Assembly (NCBI RefSeq): GCF_964204645.1
Contig: NC_134031.1
Coordinates: 1,426,001-1,490,000 of the forward strand
Length of the DNA: 64,000 bases
Reading direction: 5' to 3'
DNA from: Tubulanus polymorphus
Taxonomy: Eukaryota; Animalia; Nemertea
How positions within the stretch are numbered: position 1 is the first letter of the stretch; each line of letters opens with the position of its first letter. Shown here piece by piece: positions 10,784-56,150 of the stretch. A program made the translations under genes and the position numbers. The notes under the pieces were generated by a model. It was given only the letters and a program-made list of their open reading frames with translations, did not search any database and had not been told where the DNA came from.

Positions 10784-12367
10784 CTGTATCCAGTGGACAC
10801 ATTTCAATCATGGACTCTAAAACAAGTATCTAATGAAATATGAATGTTATGTGAAGTCGTTCTGTGTAGCTGGCGCTGTATTTAATAGTTATTAACTGAC
10901 ACAAATCAAGTAAATATAAATAGATGGTGGAATAAACTTTCTAGCATTTGATTTCTTCATTTTTGTCTTAGTTTACTTTGTATGCACATTTTCAGATGTA
11001 AAAGTGGACCATTTTTTTGGATCATGTTGTTGCAAGAAACAAATGTTTAAAACACGCCCTACCAGAACTTCCATAGAATCAAATTTGAAGACATTTTTTA
11101 TTTCAGGTTTCAATTAGTATATATTTCATGCTGTACAATGTGATAGATTTTATATTACATAATCTATATACATATAAACATTTAAAATATATACACTGGT
11201 TGAACAGTTTTCACTCTCAAACTGTTTTTTTCAAAATACAGTTCTTGTGGGAATTTTTCCGTTAATCATATACCTATATAAATATATTCATAACTGGTTT
11301 GGAACAAATTATTTACAATTTTTCGCAATGCCCAAAATATAGTTTGAAATGCGTGGAAACGTAGCCTTCATTATGTAAGCCTATTGAACAAATTGTTCGA
11401 TTGAACAACCAAGAAATGGAGAATATAGTGAGGTTTTTGTTTAGATCAGTATTGGCCAATGTATTCAATAATCTCTATATGTTTTTCTTCGAAGTTCTTT
11501 TTGATACACTACTATATCTTTGTGTAAATGTTCTCTGAATTTTTCTACTATTCTGTATTAATTAACACGATAAATAATAGATTAACGAAAAACATATTAT
11601 AAACCAAAGGCAAAAATATCAAAAACATTTGGAACTTGAATTTCTAGTTCGGCTTAAAACTTGTCAACAGTAAGACCACGTTTACTATAATAAAGAACCA
11701 TATTTCAATTTAGTTTTTTTTAAATAGATTTTTTATTATTTTTTTAAATTAAAAATAAATGTTTCGACTAGAATTCATACGTTTTCACCAAATCCTTTTA
11801 TCACAGCGAGTTGATGTGCCCAAGAAAAACAACCTTATTCTGGTGGCTTCAAATGTCAAACTGCCGGTGACATTTGATATGACCGATGCGTTCTTGTTGT
11901 TGATGTTGTTTTGAAGAATAATTCACTTTTTTACATAAGTTTTCACGTAGTCGTCATAGACATAAGATATACAACGATATGCAAATCCTACAGATATGTT
12001 TTGCATGATTGATACATGAATTAAGCTTACTAAACTGTGTACATATTCTACACGAAGTGTTGAAGCTTAATATCAGCAGTTTATATTAAAATAGCACCAG
12101 AAGATAACATTCATTCATTTCAAATACGTATATACAATGTATCCTGTTCAAGAATTTATATTGAAGTCTACACGTGTACACGGTATTTTGTTTTTGTTTT
12201 GTTATTTGTTGGGACTGCAAAACTCGGGGTATGTAAAACGATACCCCGGACCAGACGCGCGACAGATTTCGAAACTTTCGAAATTAGAGTGGATTATAAA
12301 CGTGGACATGACTGTCCATCGTGAGACGAAGATACGAACATCAGACGATGTCTATAATGTAGCTTTT

Positions 12368-15081
12368 CTACACATAGAACAGACCGAAAAAATTCGCGTT
12401 GGGATCTTGAGAAACCATGGCTAAATTGGAAACATTTACGTATAACTCCTCACCGCTATTTAACTGAACGATGCCTCCTATGTAACTACTGTACTCTGAT
12501 ATTGTATTGGTACTGCTATATTGACAGTTAGACTGTCGTCTGTCCAACAGAAGCTCGGGATGATTACTCATCGGGTTAAATCGCCAGATTCCGTGGTTGA
12601 TATAAGACGCAAACTGTCTATTCGGTCTGTGTTCGATGAATCTGATTTGACTGTACACGTAGTATTTTCCGTCTTTCGGTATTTGCAGCTTACCGGTGCC
12701 TTCCTTATAACTGATACTCCTACGGAATCCCAGACGTTCGTGTTGTGCCCAGTTCACCACGACTCCTGGCTCGTCCTTTGCTGAAAGTACAATCGTTAGA
12801 GCAAACTATAAACACCGATACCAACGAAGAGTTTTATCGTGTTTAATAATAATGTTTCGACAGGGATTTCGAATCTGATGGCTCTGCTGGACTTAGCCAC
12901 GGCGAGGCAGTCTCGATGCTATCAGGTTCGAATCTCTCTCGAGGAACGGCGACTATGTTAACAGAGGCAATGGTACTCATGGATGGTGAGTGAATGTGAT
13001 GAAAGTGGTCTGATGTTAACTCTGAGTTAACTCTAACTCGCAACTGTGGAACCTGATGTAAGAAACCATTTTACAGTTACTAGCCGCCATTTTGATAGGG
13101 TAATTTTGTCCTGTTATGTTGTGAGTCAACACGAATCACAAATAGTTTTTGAAAAAGAGAAACAAATTTTGGGTCATTTTTTTCTCTTTTTTTAAAACTA
13201 TTTGGGATGCGTGTTGACCCAGTAATACAGGACAAAAGCACCCTGGCAAAATGGTGGCTAGTAAATAAAAAATGAAACTAACGTTCACTTCCAGCCGGGT
13301 ATTTGTGGCCGACCATGTGAGCAGCGGGAACGTTTTCACGGACGCATTGAGTACCGGGCGGGGACGCTGAGAATCCACCAGTCGCGGACGAGGTCCCTTG
13401 GCATAAACTTCCTTTAGTGCGTTCAATCGCTAGTTGACGATCCAGAGCCTGAAACGTGTAACAAATAAATAGAAAAACATGAATTAAATACATGAATAAA
13501 TTGATATAATAGAAATGTACTTAAAAAGGCATGAAAATCAGTTCACTCAGATGTGAATTGAAAATATCAAAAATGAAATTCATCTCTCAATAATAAAAAT
13601 AAAAAATTAAAAGCCACATGATCCCGAAACGTTGTATCGTTTATTTCCTATTTCATTTTTTGACGTAGATTAATTTTCGTTTTCTTTTATAGTTGTATAG
13701 ATTTAAAAGTGTCGATATTTTTTCGCAAATTTCATACGCAACATTCGTGAGAATACTATTTCAAAGCGCTGCGCAATCGATCATTACAAAATATTCGCAA
13801 TCACGATGTCTTAAATTAAACCATGACGTTAAGTGAAATCGGTTTTTATTATTTCAAATGATATAGATTTATCTACTGTCCTCAAAAACCTATTGACATT
13901 GATTAGATATGCGGCAATTGACATTCTGCTACCCTGGATTTACAGCTCATATTGTTTCAGTATCATATATCTTGAACTGAATTGTCTGAATGTATATAGG
14001 TCGTTTGTTGTCGCATGACGAAAATAACTTTTTATGGACCTATTTATAATCAAATCCTTTTCACCATAATTCATTCTTTGAAAAACAAGATTTTTAAAGT
14101 CTGGAACAGTTCCTTTATATTTGATAACCGAAGTGTGGTCGTACTGGGCTGTGCTATTGATCAACTATGTCGTTAGTGCAAATCCCAGTTCTTTCATCAC
14201 TCACAATATGTATATATGGGCGTCTTTTTGATGGCGATCATTTGTAATGGCGACTGATTCGGGCCGTTTTGGCCTATAATATTTTTTGAGAACGGAATAT
14301 GTGATATCAAGGTAAACCAGAAAGAAAAATAATATTAGAAAAAACAACAGATTAGAAAAATAAGATTCTGAATAGAAATAAAGTCTAGGACCTTCTAGAC
14401 CCATATTCAGTGTTTCTTTTATCGTTCAATCAATTTTCGCCAATTTGAAAAGCCTCACATACAACAAGATATCAACAAAATCTCAATTCTCACCCTTCGT
14501 AGAATAATCATCAGGTGCTCGGCCGAGTCGGCGCAGCAAAGTTGTTTTCCGTTGAGATATTTCTTAGGTAACTTGTCGAGTTCTTTGTTTTCGATCGATG
14601 GTTGACTGGAAATGTTGACACAGGGAACGCAGAACTCCAGCGATCGGGAATCTTGTTTCAGCGCGGTGCTGGCTTGCGGCGCTGAAGGACCCGGTGGTTG
14701 TGGGTTAGTCGGTGGAGCGATGGTCTGCTGTCGGCGATTATTCTGAATTAACAGAATGGTGACGCCGAACGTGTTGTACAATATCAGAAATATCACCAAC
14801 ACGTAAACCAACGTTTTGATGACGGTACGCTGTATTTTCGATTCGACCTTGCTCCTAGGGACTGCGTCTTGTTCCATTAGAACGACAGTTGAAGGGCGTC
14901 GCGGAATTCGGTCCATCATTTGCGATGTAGATGACATCGAACCGTTGGATACGACGCTGTCCTTTCGGGTGTAATGTACGCTCGGTTCCTTTTCGAAAAC
15001 TGGCGGCAATTCCGAACCAACGCTGTCTTTCCGCGCACATCTCAAACCTGGCTCTTTCTCATAAACCATATCCATAATCAT
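12368..15081 (-). CDS. TNF-superfamily ligand (type II membrane protein, TRAIL/Eiger-like)
   Basis: Exons 15081-14494, 13448-13283 and 12780-12368, GT-AG and phase-consistent. TM segment LVYVLVIFLILYNTFGVTILLI. TNF homology domain: PAAHMVG...VNW...GKLQIPKDGKYYVYSQIRF...SSYIGGIVQLNSGEELYVNVS...NFFGLFYV. Confidence 0.92.
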
Positions 15082-17073
15082 AATCTTTGGTTTTATAGAT
15101 CAATGAACTATACTGAAAATGTTGTAGTAAAATCTGTCTTATTTGATCCATTAACAGAACACAGAACAGTGTTAAACAAAACACATTAATTAAATGGAAA
15201 ACGAGAAACATCGAAAGTTGGACTTTGCCAATTATCATTTAGCAAACTTCCCGCTTGGGTTTAATTTCGAATTTAGTGTGTTCAGATTTACATGTTCAGA
15301 TCGAATGTTGAGTGTCGTCAAGATCATGTCAATTTATGGCGACACAAATACAAACCGGGTTTTTAGAGCGCTGATAAAAGAAGACTTTCTTTGTCTATGC
15401 CAAAATCCCAGGCCACACATTAACGGGTTGTACTAGGTTAATTCTTAAACAAAGTATGTAGACTTTCCACTTTCGAGGAAATACCAACTAGGAAAAACCT
15501 ACTTATAAAAACTGCATTCATTATTTTAAACTGCATTACTGCTCTATTGATACTGTATCGTCAGCCTGCGTGTCAGCGAAATATTCCGAATTTTGCATGT
15601 GTATGAAATAAGAGATCTTCAAATTGTTGAAGAAAAAAAAGTAAAGAAATCAAACTGACGAAGGTCTTAAGAAAGACGTCGAATCCTCTGATTTAATTTC
15701 TGATGAATAAATTTTGCTTTTAACGTTCTTAAATCTTTATGCCATGGGTTTTAATCTTATCAAGTTTCAACTATTTCGATTCGAAATATTTTGTAGATTT
15801 TGGTAGTCATTGAGTTGGAAAATGAATATCATAGTAAACTGTGTATAAGTTTGATGAAGATGGATGACTCGTAGGTGGTGGTAGGTTAGGATGAGTAGGC
15901 CTACTCATCTTTATACCGTTCACTCGGCGCTAACCGAATAAAACTGACTGCTAATGGGGTTGTTATTGTTTTTTTTTTCTGCACACGCGAGCATTCATGT
16001 GCGCAGCGATGACACGAGAAAAATCCTAAACGTGATAAACATGACGAAATCGTTGATATAAAATACCACGCTTAGAATGAAAAAGAGCTTTGCTTCATTC
16101 AAAGTCATCTTCAAGAATAGTATTTCTGGAAGATTACTATTAGGATCAAGTGGAAACATCAAATAAACTACAGTTCAAGGAAACATTTCGGACTCTATTT
16201 TTCCATTCTTATTGTGGGATATTCTATAATCGTCACAACGCGGACTCAGAATGTTTCAATGACTGTGGGATGGAATTGTATTATCATTTTCTGAAATCTC
16301 CAGTGAATAAGATGAAAATGGATTTGTTAGATTTTTGTCTCTCGCGGTCGCAGCCGTCATCGAATTGATATCTATCAACCTTCAACTTTAATTGGGTTGA
16401 ATGTTGAATTCAGTCAGTTTGGTTACATGTACGTAATATGTTTATCTATGAATCGCTACATCAAGAGGTTACAATTATTTAACATATACTGAACAATCTA
16501 TTTGAACAGTAAATCCGTTAAATTATTTTTTAGAGGATTCCATCATAGCTAATTTCATTGCAACTGAATGTGTTAATCTTATCCGGTTCAAATTGTAGCA
16601 AAAAGCTTTGGGATAAATATATAATAAATATATTTGAATTCATTTAAAGAAATAGACTATAATTGATAACTTTGAGCTTGCAAAGCGTTCCTCTAAATGA
16701 TCTTCTGCATCAGAATGGATATTTGCGAAGTTTCTGTTCAATGCCGTTCATTTTAAGAATCTGTTAGAAAAGGATATTTCGAACCGGCCGCGTTTCCTCG
16801 AGGGAAGCTTCTATTTCTGCGACATAAAAGAAACGTATCAATTCAAACAGAAACATTCGATCTTTTTAGATTTCTATTGAAACTCATCGACGTTCGCGAA
16901 AAACCAATTGGATTTCGCCAACGCCAAACTGTGTCGACTTCCCCCGAGGATGTGTGTGCGTTTAACGTTGTTCTTTATCCACCGTGAGTCTAAACTATCA
17001 TCGCACCATCTGAATTTATGTCTGATAACCACAATTCAAAGAAGGGAATAACCTCGGAATAATCATTCTTCGC

Positions 17074-17205
17074 GGGGACCGGTTGCATAGTCGTGGCTTA
17101 GAAGTCTTATACCAAGTTAGTTCTAGAGCCTATCTAACAACTTAAGACCAGTCTTAAGATTTATGAACACTATTGGACTTAAGTCACGACCGTGCAACAG
17201 GCCCC
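17074..17205. mobile_element. MITE family A, copy 2
   Basis: GGGGACCGGTTGCATAGTCGTG...CACGACCGTGCAACAGGCCCC with the same internal sequence as copy 1. Confidence 0.78.
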
Positions 17206-18284
17206 GGAGTTTTTCATCGACGCATTTCCGGATCCATCGTTTATTGCATCGTTTCGGAAGAACTGATCTGCTGCATGCAACCTATAGTATATATCAGTTA
17301 CGAGAGCTCATTAACGACATTAAAGACTCAATTTCTGTTTAATCTTTATAATGAACAAATTATCGAAAAAATGTTTCTTTCAGAACAGAAAAAGATTCGA
17401 TCAATACGAAAACATGCTTTTCACACTTTCTTTTCATTTTCTGTCGCGGATATATACTAAGGATTTTTTCTTGTTTTGACGAAGTCTTTTATTGCGAACT
17501 TCTCGGTAATTCGTGACGCTCCAGGAAGAAAAGTGAATAAACGAAGACAACTTTTTGGAACCCTGGCGTAAGACTATTTTATTCAATCCGATCTTGGTCT
17601 CCGTCCAACTAAAACTGCGACATACCCGGTGCTAGACCAGTTTTGTTTTTACAGATCATACATAATACGCTTTTCAAATGCGACATGAAGTATTAGTGAA
17701 ATATGAGGTATAGTGAAGTATCTTATACATTTTTAATCTATATGATTAGTTTTCGTTTTGAACTTGTTCATTTGATAAGATTATGAGTCCAAAGTTCTAA
17801 GAGAAGCCCTGGAAGTTATCGGTCTATTTAGATTAAAGTCTGATGGTTAAATATAGACGATGTTTGGTGAACTTCGTCCATTTCTCTATTGTTTCATCTA
17901 TTTCAAAATGGCCTCCGAATCGCACTTTCATTTGTGCAACTCGTCACTGTTGGTACATATTCGTCAAGCTTCCTCGTTTTTGAACAACTATACCACGAAT
18001 ACAGACGTAAAAAGAAATGTCTGATTGAACAACAGCGAATCGAATGACAGTTTTCACTTTCACTTCCAATGTATAAGGAATTACAAGGAAAAGTTTTTTT
18101 TCGAATGACATTGACTAAACTGATCTGTTTCTGGTTGAATATACTATCGCGAGGGTTTTTCATAGTTTTTACAAAAACGTTACTATGTATCCAAAATGGC
18201 TGGCAAATGAAGGTCGAACGTTCGGCGCACACGCGGGAAATGGTGTGCCGTTTCGCGCGCGCTAAACGTGTCCCCCTATCGACT

Positions 18285-50033
<31,749 letters not shown>

Positions 50034-50320
50034 TTTTAAATATTGTCGGTTGCGATTGAGTTTGTTTTTCTTTCTTAATTCACCACGTGAATACTTTCTT
50101 ATTTCTTCTTCTTCGTCTTCTTCAACCGAAAAGTTAACGCAGTTTTTTTTTTGTCTCTAGTTTTATAGATTTGTTCCCGTTGTGTAAGCGATTACACTAT
50201 TGCCCTTGTTATCTCGCTGTTTCTCCGGTCCTTTCTCTTATACCTGGTTCTCTCTTTTGAGTCGCGCTCGAAGTTTCGGTGTTTTTCGCGAAGTTTGCGG
50301 CCACGATCACAATCGAATGG

Positions 50321-50328
50321 TATTTATG
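50321..50328 (-). promoter_or_regulatory. Candidate TATA-like box (CATAAATA) of the AstC gene
   Basis: About 290 bp upstream of the signal-peptide ATG, in a relatively GC/CpG-richer patch. A full CRE TGACGTCA lies at 50828-50835. Confidence 0.35.
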
Positions 50329-52158
50329 AGGGAATGTCGCGAGTGTTGAAGAGTACGGTGTTACTGGTAAGCGTTAGGTTGCGTAGGCATTAGAACTGCG
50401 CGCGCACTGTGCGGACGCCTGGTACAGAATCACTAAACCTTTCAACTCTTCACTTCTCAACCCCACCCACCATAAAACAAATTTAGAAATGATTTTTAAT
50501 TTCATCTTATTCAAATTTCATCGACAATCATTTCTTTATGCAAACATTGGAAATTTGAGATAAGTTTTGATGAAAATTGGTATTGCAATCAAGAACCGTT
50601 TGGTGTCAAGAGTTACGATTCTTTCCATCATTGAACTGATTTTCCATTTTTTGAAGATTTAAATTTAGCCCTAGAATCAAATCTAAACCAAAAACTGTGA
50701 ATCCGGTTCGTAGTTTGATTTTTAATATTCCGCTCACATTTTTATCGTGTAACTTGACTTTACGTAAATTCATTCTCTTTAGACATATCATTGAGATTGT
50801 TTTCCTTCATTTCAACGTCATTGACAGTGACGTCACGATCTTCTGCAGCGCCCGTGACAAACGTTCTTTATTCGGGATAAACGGTTGTTATTCTAACAGC
50901 CCTAAAAAACCTCTGTAACAAATTCCTTTACGAGTTGCTGAAAATATAACTAGATTTGTAGACTATTAGCCATAAGTTATCACGCACACAAAAAAAACGA
51001 TTTTTGAGTACGAATACAAGAGGATAATGATACACTGACGCAATACCTTCATGGAAATAACTTTCCAGTCACATCAGCACCCACACTTATCAATAAATCA
51101 CTCTTCTATTTAGAGAGCTTTTGTGATTAGACACTATTTTTCTGTACGTCTTTTCACTATTACATTCATGGTAATAAATTAATTGATATCAATACAGGAA
51201 TAATCATAGATCATTATTATTATGTTATCATGTTGCATTCGGCGATTCATTTATTTCAGACGTAAATATGACTCCGAAGATTTAGGGTACATTTGACCTT
51301 TAACATCTCGGATCAACCATCAACAGAATTATAGATTCTAAATTTGATGACGCTTATATCGCATGTGTATTTGGATTATGTGAGAGTCGAACACCTTATT
51401 TAAACCGATTTGTAGCCCGAAACCTTAATGGATCTTATCACGACCAATGTTTCGAGTTTTCATAGATCTAAATCAGTAAAATCTGGATAAAAGTGGTACA
51501 TTTACGGGGATACCGTTTATTCATAATGAATGGACCTTTAAGTAGGGTATTTTGTTTTGCAGGAGTCCGGACAATGATTAGGATGTTGATTAATTAGTGA
51601 AACTCATCTTATGTTGACAGTAAAATGACACACCCCAGATTGAGATGTGCAGTCTATTATTGTTCCTGGCCGCTTTCGCCTAGAATACTAGTATACTATT
51701 TCAGTTTTGTAATCGAGTTTTGTACAGAAATTGAAATATTGATTTTATATCCAATTTCGCCCCACCTAAGACGTTACGCAGTTTAAATTAGTTTATTCTG
51801 CGTTTGACTCGCAATTTTAGACCGAACGTGTCAAACAGAGTGATCGTGTTATGTAAGAATTTGACTTTGAATTGATATTCCAGAATTTCCGATACATTTT
51901 CTCTTTAACCTTTGTTTTTTGCATAACTAAATTACTTCGCTCCGATAAATAAAACATTTTATACAATGTTTTCGTCGGAATCGCTGTACGATAAACGACA
52001 GGTAGCGGGGATCAAACAGAATGTACTTTGAGTATTCGTCACGACATGGCTGAACGGAAATTTGACTCTATCTACTGTTTCTAAAACGTTTGGAGAACCT
52101 CCTAATAACGAGGTAAAACTACGCAATGAATCGTGAGAGGCGGTTGAAATATAAATCC

Positions 52159-52280
52159 CACAATCCCGAGATCAAAAAGTTATTACAAAATTTTCGAAAC
52201 TTTATAATTCATTGAAAACCCGAATTGCCGGTTTTACGCTAAAAACCATTATCAAGGAATTTTTGATCTCGTGATTGTGG
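52159..52280. mobile_element. Small foldback element
   Basis: CACAATCCCGAGATCAAAAA...TTTTTGATCTCGTGATTGTG inverted termini. Confidence 0.5.
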
Positions 52281-53976
52281 AGAACCTCCTGTTTCATTCC
52301 CGGCAGGTGTCGCTGGTGGGTTTGTAAAAGGGACAGCGAATCAATCGAATAAATAAAAGGGGCAACGTCTGAATCGAGATAAAAAGATATTCACAATAAG
52401 TCAATTTCAATTCTATTGAGTCTGATAAACCGAGAATTGTTGACAGAATTCGATGCAGAGTTTTTGGAACTGAAAATAAACCCAATTTTTATACATCGTT
52501 AATACTATAATGAGACATGTTACATCTGAAATATTCCTAGGATATCGCGAACTAATTTGAGATGAACTTGCCGTATACAGGGAGTACACGTACCAGGGCG
52601 CCTTGAAGAACGACTGTAGTGCTGGTTTTTTGTTCGGTATTCACCTCTTTATTTTCTATTGTATAGTCATAGGCGATTAATCTTTACGGTACATGCCGTG
52701 AAAATCTGTAAAGGGCTTATGGTATTATCCGACACTTCCTGCAGCTACGTTTTCGCGTAGATCTAACGACTTAAACTGTTACTGGCTGTAAATAGACCCA
52801 AAATGCGCTTTGATCTTAGTAATATCTCAGTCCGCGGATAGGTATTCGAGAGCAGAGACCTAGCAAATCATTCATGAATAATATATTGTTAATGAAAAAA
52901 AAAAACATGCAATTTATTGGTTACAAAAATTCAAGTTGCATCATTATTCACAAATTGTATTGGTCAGCTGGTATCGGTCTTGCCATTATGATAGGTATAT
53001 CGCGTTGCTTATGAGGATGGCTCCGAAAGCCCAACGCACACCACGATCGAAACAGGAGACAGAAACGTGTTTCCGAGGGTTTCCCCGAGTCGCATGCTTT
53101 GGACATTGAAATGAATATCTTCATATTACGTGGAAATTTAACCTCAAAATTTTACACGTGTCATTGAAACGGTAAATGAAAACTTTCTAATAAGTAAATC
53201 AAATCCTTCATTTGACGATATGATATTGGCTTTCCTGCAGTTGTTATTCTAATTTTACCACTTATTTCCGCCAATTCTTATTGTCATTTTACGACCGCAC
53301 GTCAAACATATTTGATGTTTGGCATTGAGTGTAACATTCCCGGGTGAATGCGAATAAAATATTCGGTGACCATCGTTTTCGCGTTGACTCATTTAACGAT
53401 GTTTAACACAAACACTCGGTGTAGCGGTAATATCGTCATATACGTTAATTGTGATTACAAAGGTATTGCAAATTACGTGTTGAGTGTGATCGCTGGAGGG
53501 TATAAAACTCATATACACACTCCCCACACGCCCCACACGCCCACTAATAAATCACCTTCCACTAAAAGCTGATTCCATTCTTGATGTTATTGCGATGACT
53601 TTTATTGGCACTGGCGATGATCAAAATGGACCGAAATGAGAATTTAAACAATTCTATTGTCTCACACAGACGGCTGATCGAATTGATTCCATCGCTGCAT
53701 CGTTCGGATTAGTTTATAACTAGTATCGCAGACTGATTTAACGCCTGTCTAGCAGTACCATATAATACCCTTAAACCATATAGTCCTATCCATACCCCTA
53801 AACCGTACACCCTTCCGCTGGTTACATGTACATCACCGGTCATTTCTTTGTCTCTCGTTGATTTTTAAGATAAGCGTATATGTGAAAGGAACGTATTCTA
53901 TCTTTAGTTTTGACACACTGCTTCTATTTCAGATCCTGTGAGTTTATATGCTTTGTTACTTGTTTTTCTGGTCATT

Positions 53977-54018
53977 CCACCTGATGATGGCTGTTAGTCA
54001 ACAGCCGAAACGTTGTGG
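53977..54018 (+). ncRNA. Minimal type I hammerhead ribozyme motif (Penelope-like element type)
   Basis: CCAC-CTGATGA-T-GGCTGTT-agtc-AACAGCC-GAAA-CGTT-GTGG: stem I CCAC/GTGG, intact core, 7-bp stem II, palindromic AACGTT stem III. Confidence 0.7.
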
Positions 54019-55235
54019 TTTCATAATGATAAATTTGATCGTATAATTTTGAATTCGAAGTGTGGGATTTCTTCATTTATCTACAGTATACACGGATTAT
54101 AGTGTTTATTCGACAACTAACGTATTCTTAGTCGGGGTCCTGATTGTGTTCTCAGGCGCGGGGTCTTCTCCTGAGTGTTCAAATCAGCGGTTGCCAGAAA
54201 ATTTCGCTTCATTTTCAAGTAAGTTTGAAAGCATATTTCAAACGAGAACTGAAAAAATGTCACCAATGAGGGAATTTATTTTCAATCGATGCTAATATTT
54301 ACAACCCCTGAATAAAAATCCTGAAACACGTAGATCATCAAATGGAATACTCTCGAAATCGACTTCCAATTACTTCGTTTGGTGGCCACGGGTTCGGTTA
54401 CATGTATTTCACGTGTGCAACGACTATAAGACAAATGATACAATAAACATTCATGTTTGAACTTCAGCGACAGAGTGAAGAATACTCGATTCATGACATT
54501 ACGAGACTTTTTAATTCCGTATGAACTGATTCGATGTTCATCATTCGACAGTCAATGGTTCAATATCATTATGAAATGAGGCATAGGACATTAATCTCTA
54601 AAAAAAGATGTAAGCCTTATAAAAAAGGTGTAGAAGGCATATGTTTAATCGGACCACTGCGGTCTCCTCTGATGGGAACAAGCTTCCACTTACATTTCTA
54701 CGATGCAACAGACGTAACCAGACAACGACTGAAATGCATCCCGATTGCGTCCAAATCGAATCGACCGTTTAATAATAGATCGAGTCTCGATTGATGTCGG
54801 AAAAAAGAAAGATCGTGATATTAATGAATAATGAAACAAAGCGCGGTGGCGATTGAGCGTTGGGAGATTTGGTCGCGGACGTGGAATTCAATCAACCGAT
54901 ACGAGATGTGAACTGGTTACAGCACTCTCAGCCGATGGAGAAACCTTGTCCTGTTATCAGTTCGCGAAAGTCATCTTCGCAATTCTAATCGGTTCCGCGG
55001 GCCGATCCATCCCTGGTAATTGGCCTAAGTGTCCAGATAGACCGTATTAACGAAGCACCCGTAAGACAGCGGCCCGGGTGAAGTTACGGGTAGCCGAGAC
55101 TGCCCGTATATTCTTGCTAGATTTCCAGGCAGATGCACGTGACACGTATATTCCTTCGGAAGCTTCGAGACAACAGTTTATGACCAGTACGCGACGCGAA
55201 TAGAATGGATTATACCTGGTCCAGATATAGACTGG

Positions 55236-56150
55236 TCACCGTGTGAATGAAACAGTTGACTGCTGGGGTCTGCGGCGTCTAAACAACTTCAGAAATGCGT
55301 TACGAAACCTGGTTCCAGTCAAACAATATAGGTAGAAATTGATAGCGCTGTTTAGGTAATACGGAAAACGAAGTAAATCGCGTATCCAACCTTCGAATGG
55401 ATAAACACGAGTCACTCCGACCAGGTAGATATGCGATGGACTCGTTAGAACTAAATAAACGACACCCACAACGACTAGCATCATTGTAACGTTTCTTGAC
55501 GTTGACATTTTATCTTTTGTTTGCGTCGGTCCCGTCGTGAGTTTTTGCCTTTGCTTCGAATCCATGTGTAACTTGGTAATAATTGCCAAGTTGAAGAGCA
55601 TTAGTAAAGCGAATGGAATTATAGAATTTGTAAAATTGCAAATGGTTTGAAATTTTTTATATTCTTCTTTGTAATCATGTGCATAACACGATTTGTTTAT
55701 AGACATATACACTAACGTGATACTATTGAAAGCTAAAGATGAACAGCAAACAACAAAAACGACAACTTTCCCATTTCGTAGAGAACAGATTATCTGTATT
55801 TTCAACGGATGATACACAGAAATCAACCTTTCACAGGTGATAATAACCAGGAGCCAACCGCAAATCTGCCCGAAAAAATGCACCAATAAACCATCGAGTT
55901 TGCAGGTGAGTAGATGCCAAATCGACCATCGGTGACCGATTGACGAACCGACTACGCGAGGAAGAGCGCTAAGCAGAAGATACCCGAGATCGCAAACAGC
56001 TAGCGATCGTAGATAGAAACTAGTCGATGAGCTTCTCATCGCCGACTGGCTCAAAACTACGATTGATAATATATTTCCAACTGCACCGATAGAAATGATA
56101 GTCATCATTCCGTATAAATAAATCTGTTCATTGACCGTTGAATTCTTCAT
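55236..56150 (-). CDS. Intronless rhodopsin-family GPCR, FMRFamide/peptide-receptor-like
   Basis: 304-aa ORF. GNILS, LAVCD, TCERL, PSH and NSAINFYLY motifs plus FRNAF helix 8; seven hydrophobic segments. Confidence 0.92.
   Translation of the reverse strand: MKNSTVNEQIYLYGMMTIISIGAVGNILSIVVLSQSAMRSSSTSFYLRSLAVCDLGYLLLSALPRVVGSSIGHRWSIWHLLTCKLDGLLVHFFGQICGWLLVIITCERLISVYHPLKIQIICSLRNGKVVVFVVCCSSLAFNSITLVYMSINKSCYAHDYKEEYKKFQTICNFTNSIIPFALLMLFNLAIITKLHMDSKQRQKLTTGPTQTKDKMSTSRNVTMMLVVVGVVYLVLTSPSHIYLVGVTRVYPFEGWIRDLLRFPYYLNSAINFYLYCLTGTRFRNAFLKLFRRRRPQQSTVSFTR

Noticed and set aside
12860-13043. Extra TNF exon (ORF 12843-13043) or tRNA gene (B-box GGTTCGAATC at 12925)
   Set aside because: TNF exons 2 and 3 already join in phase. 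The stretch overlaps a family-B repeat end and I could not fold a cloverleaf; at most a SINE remnant.
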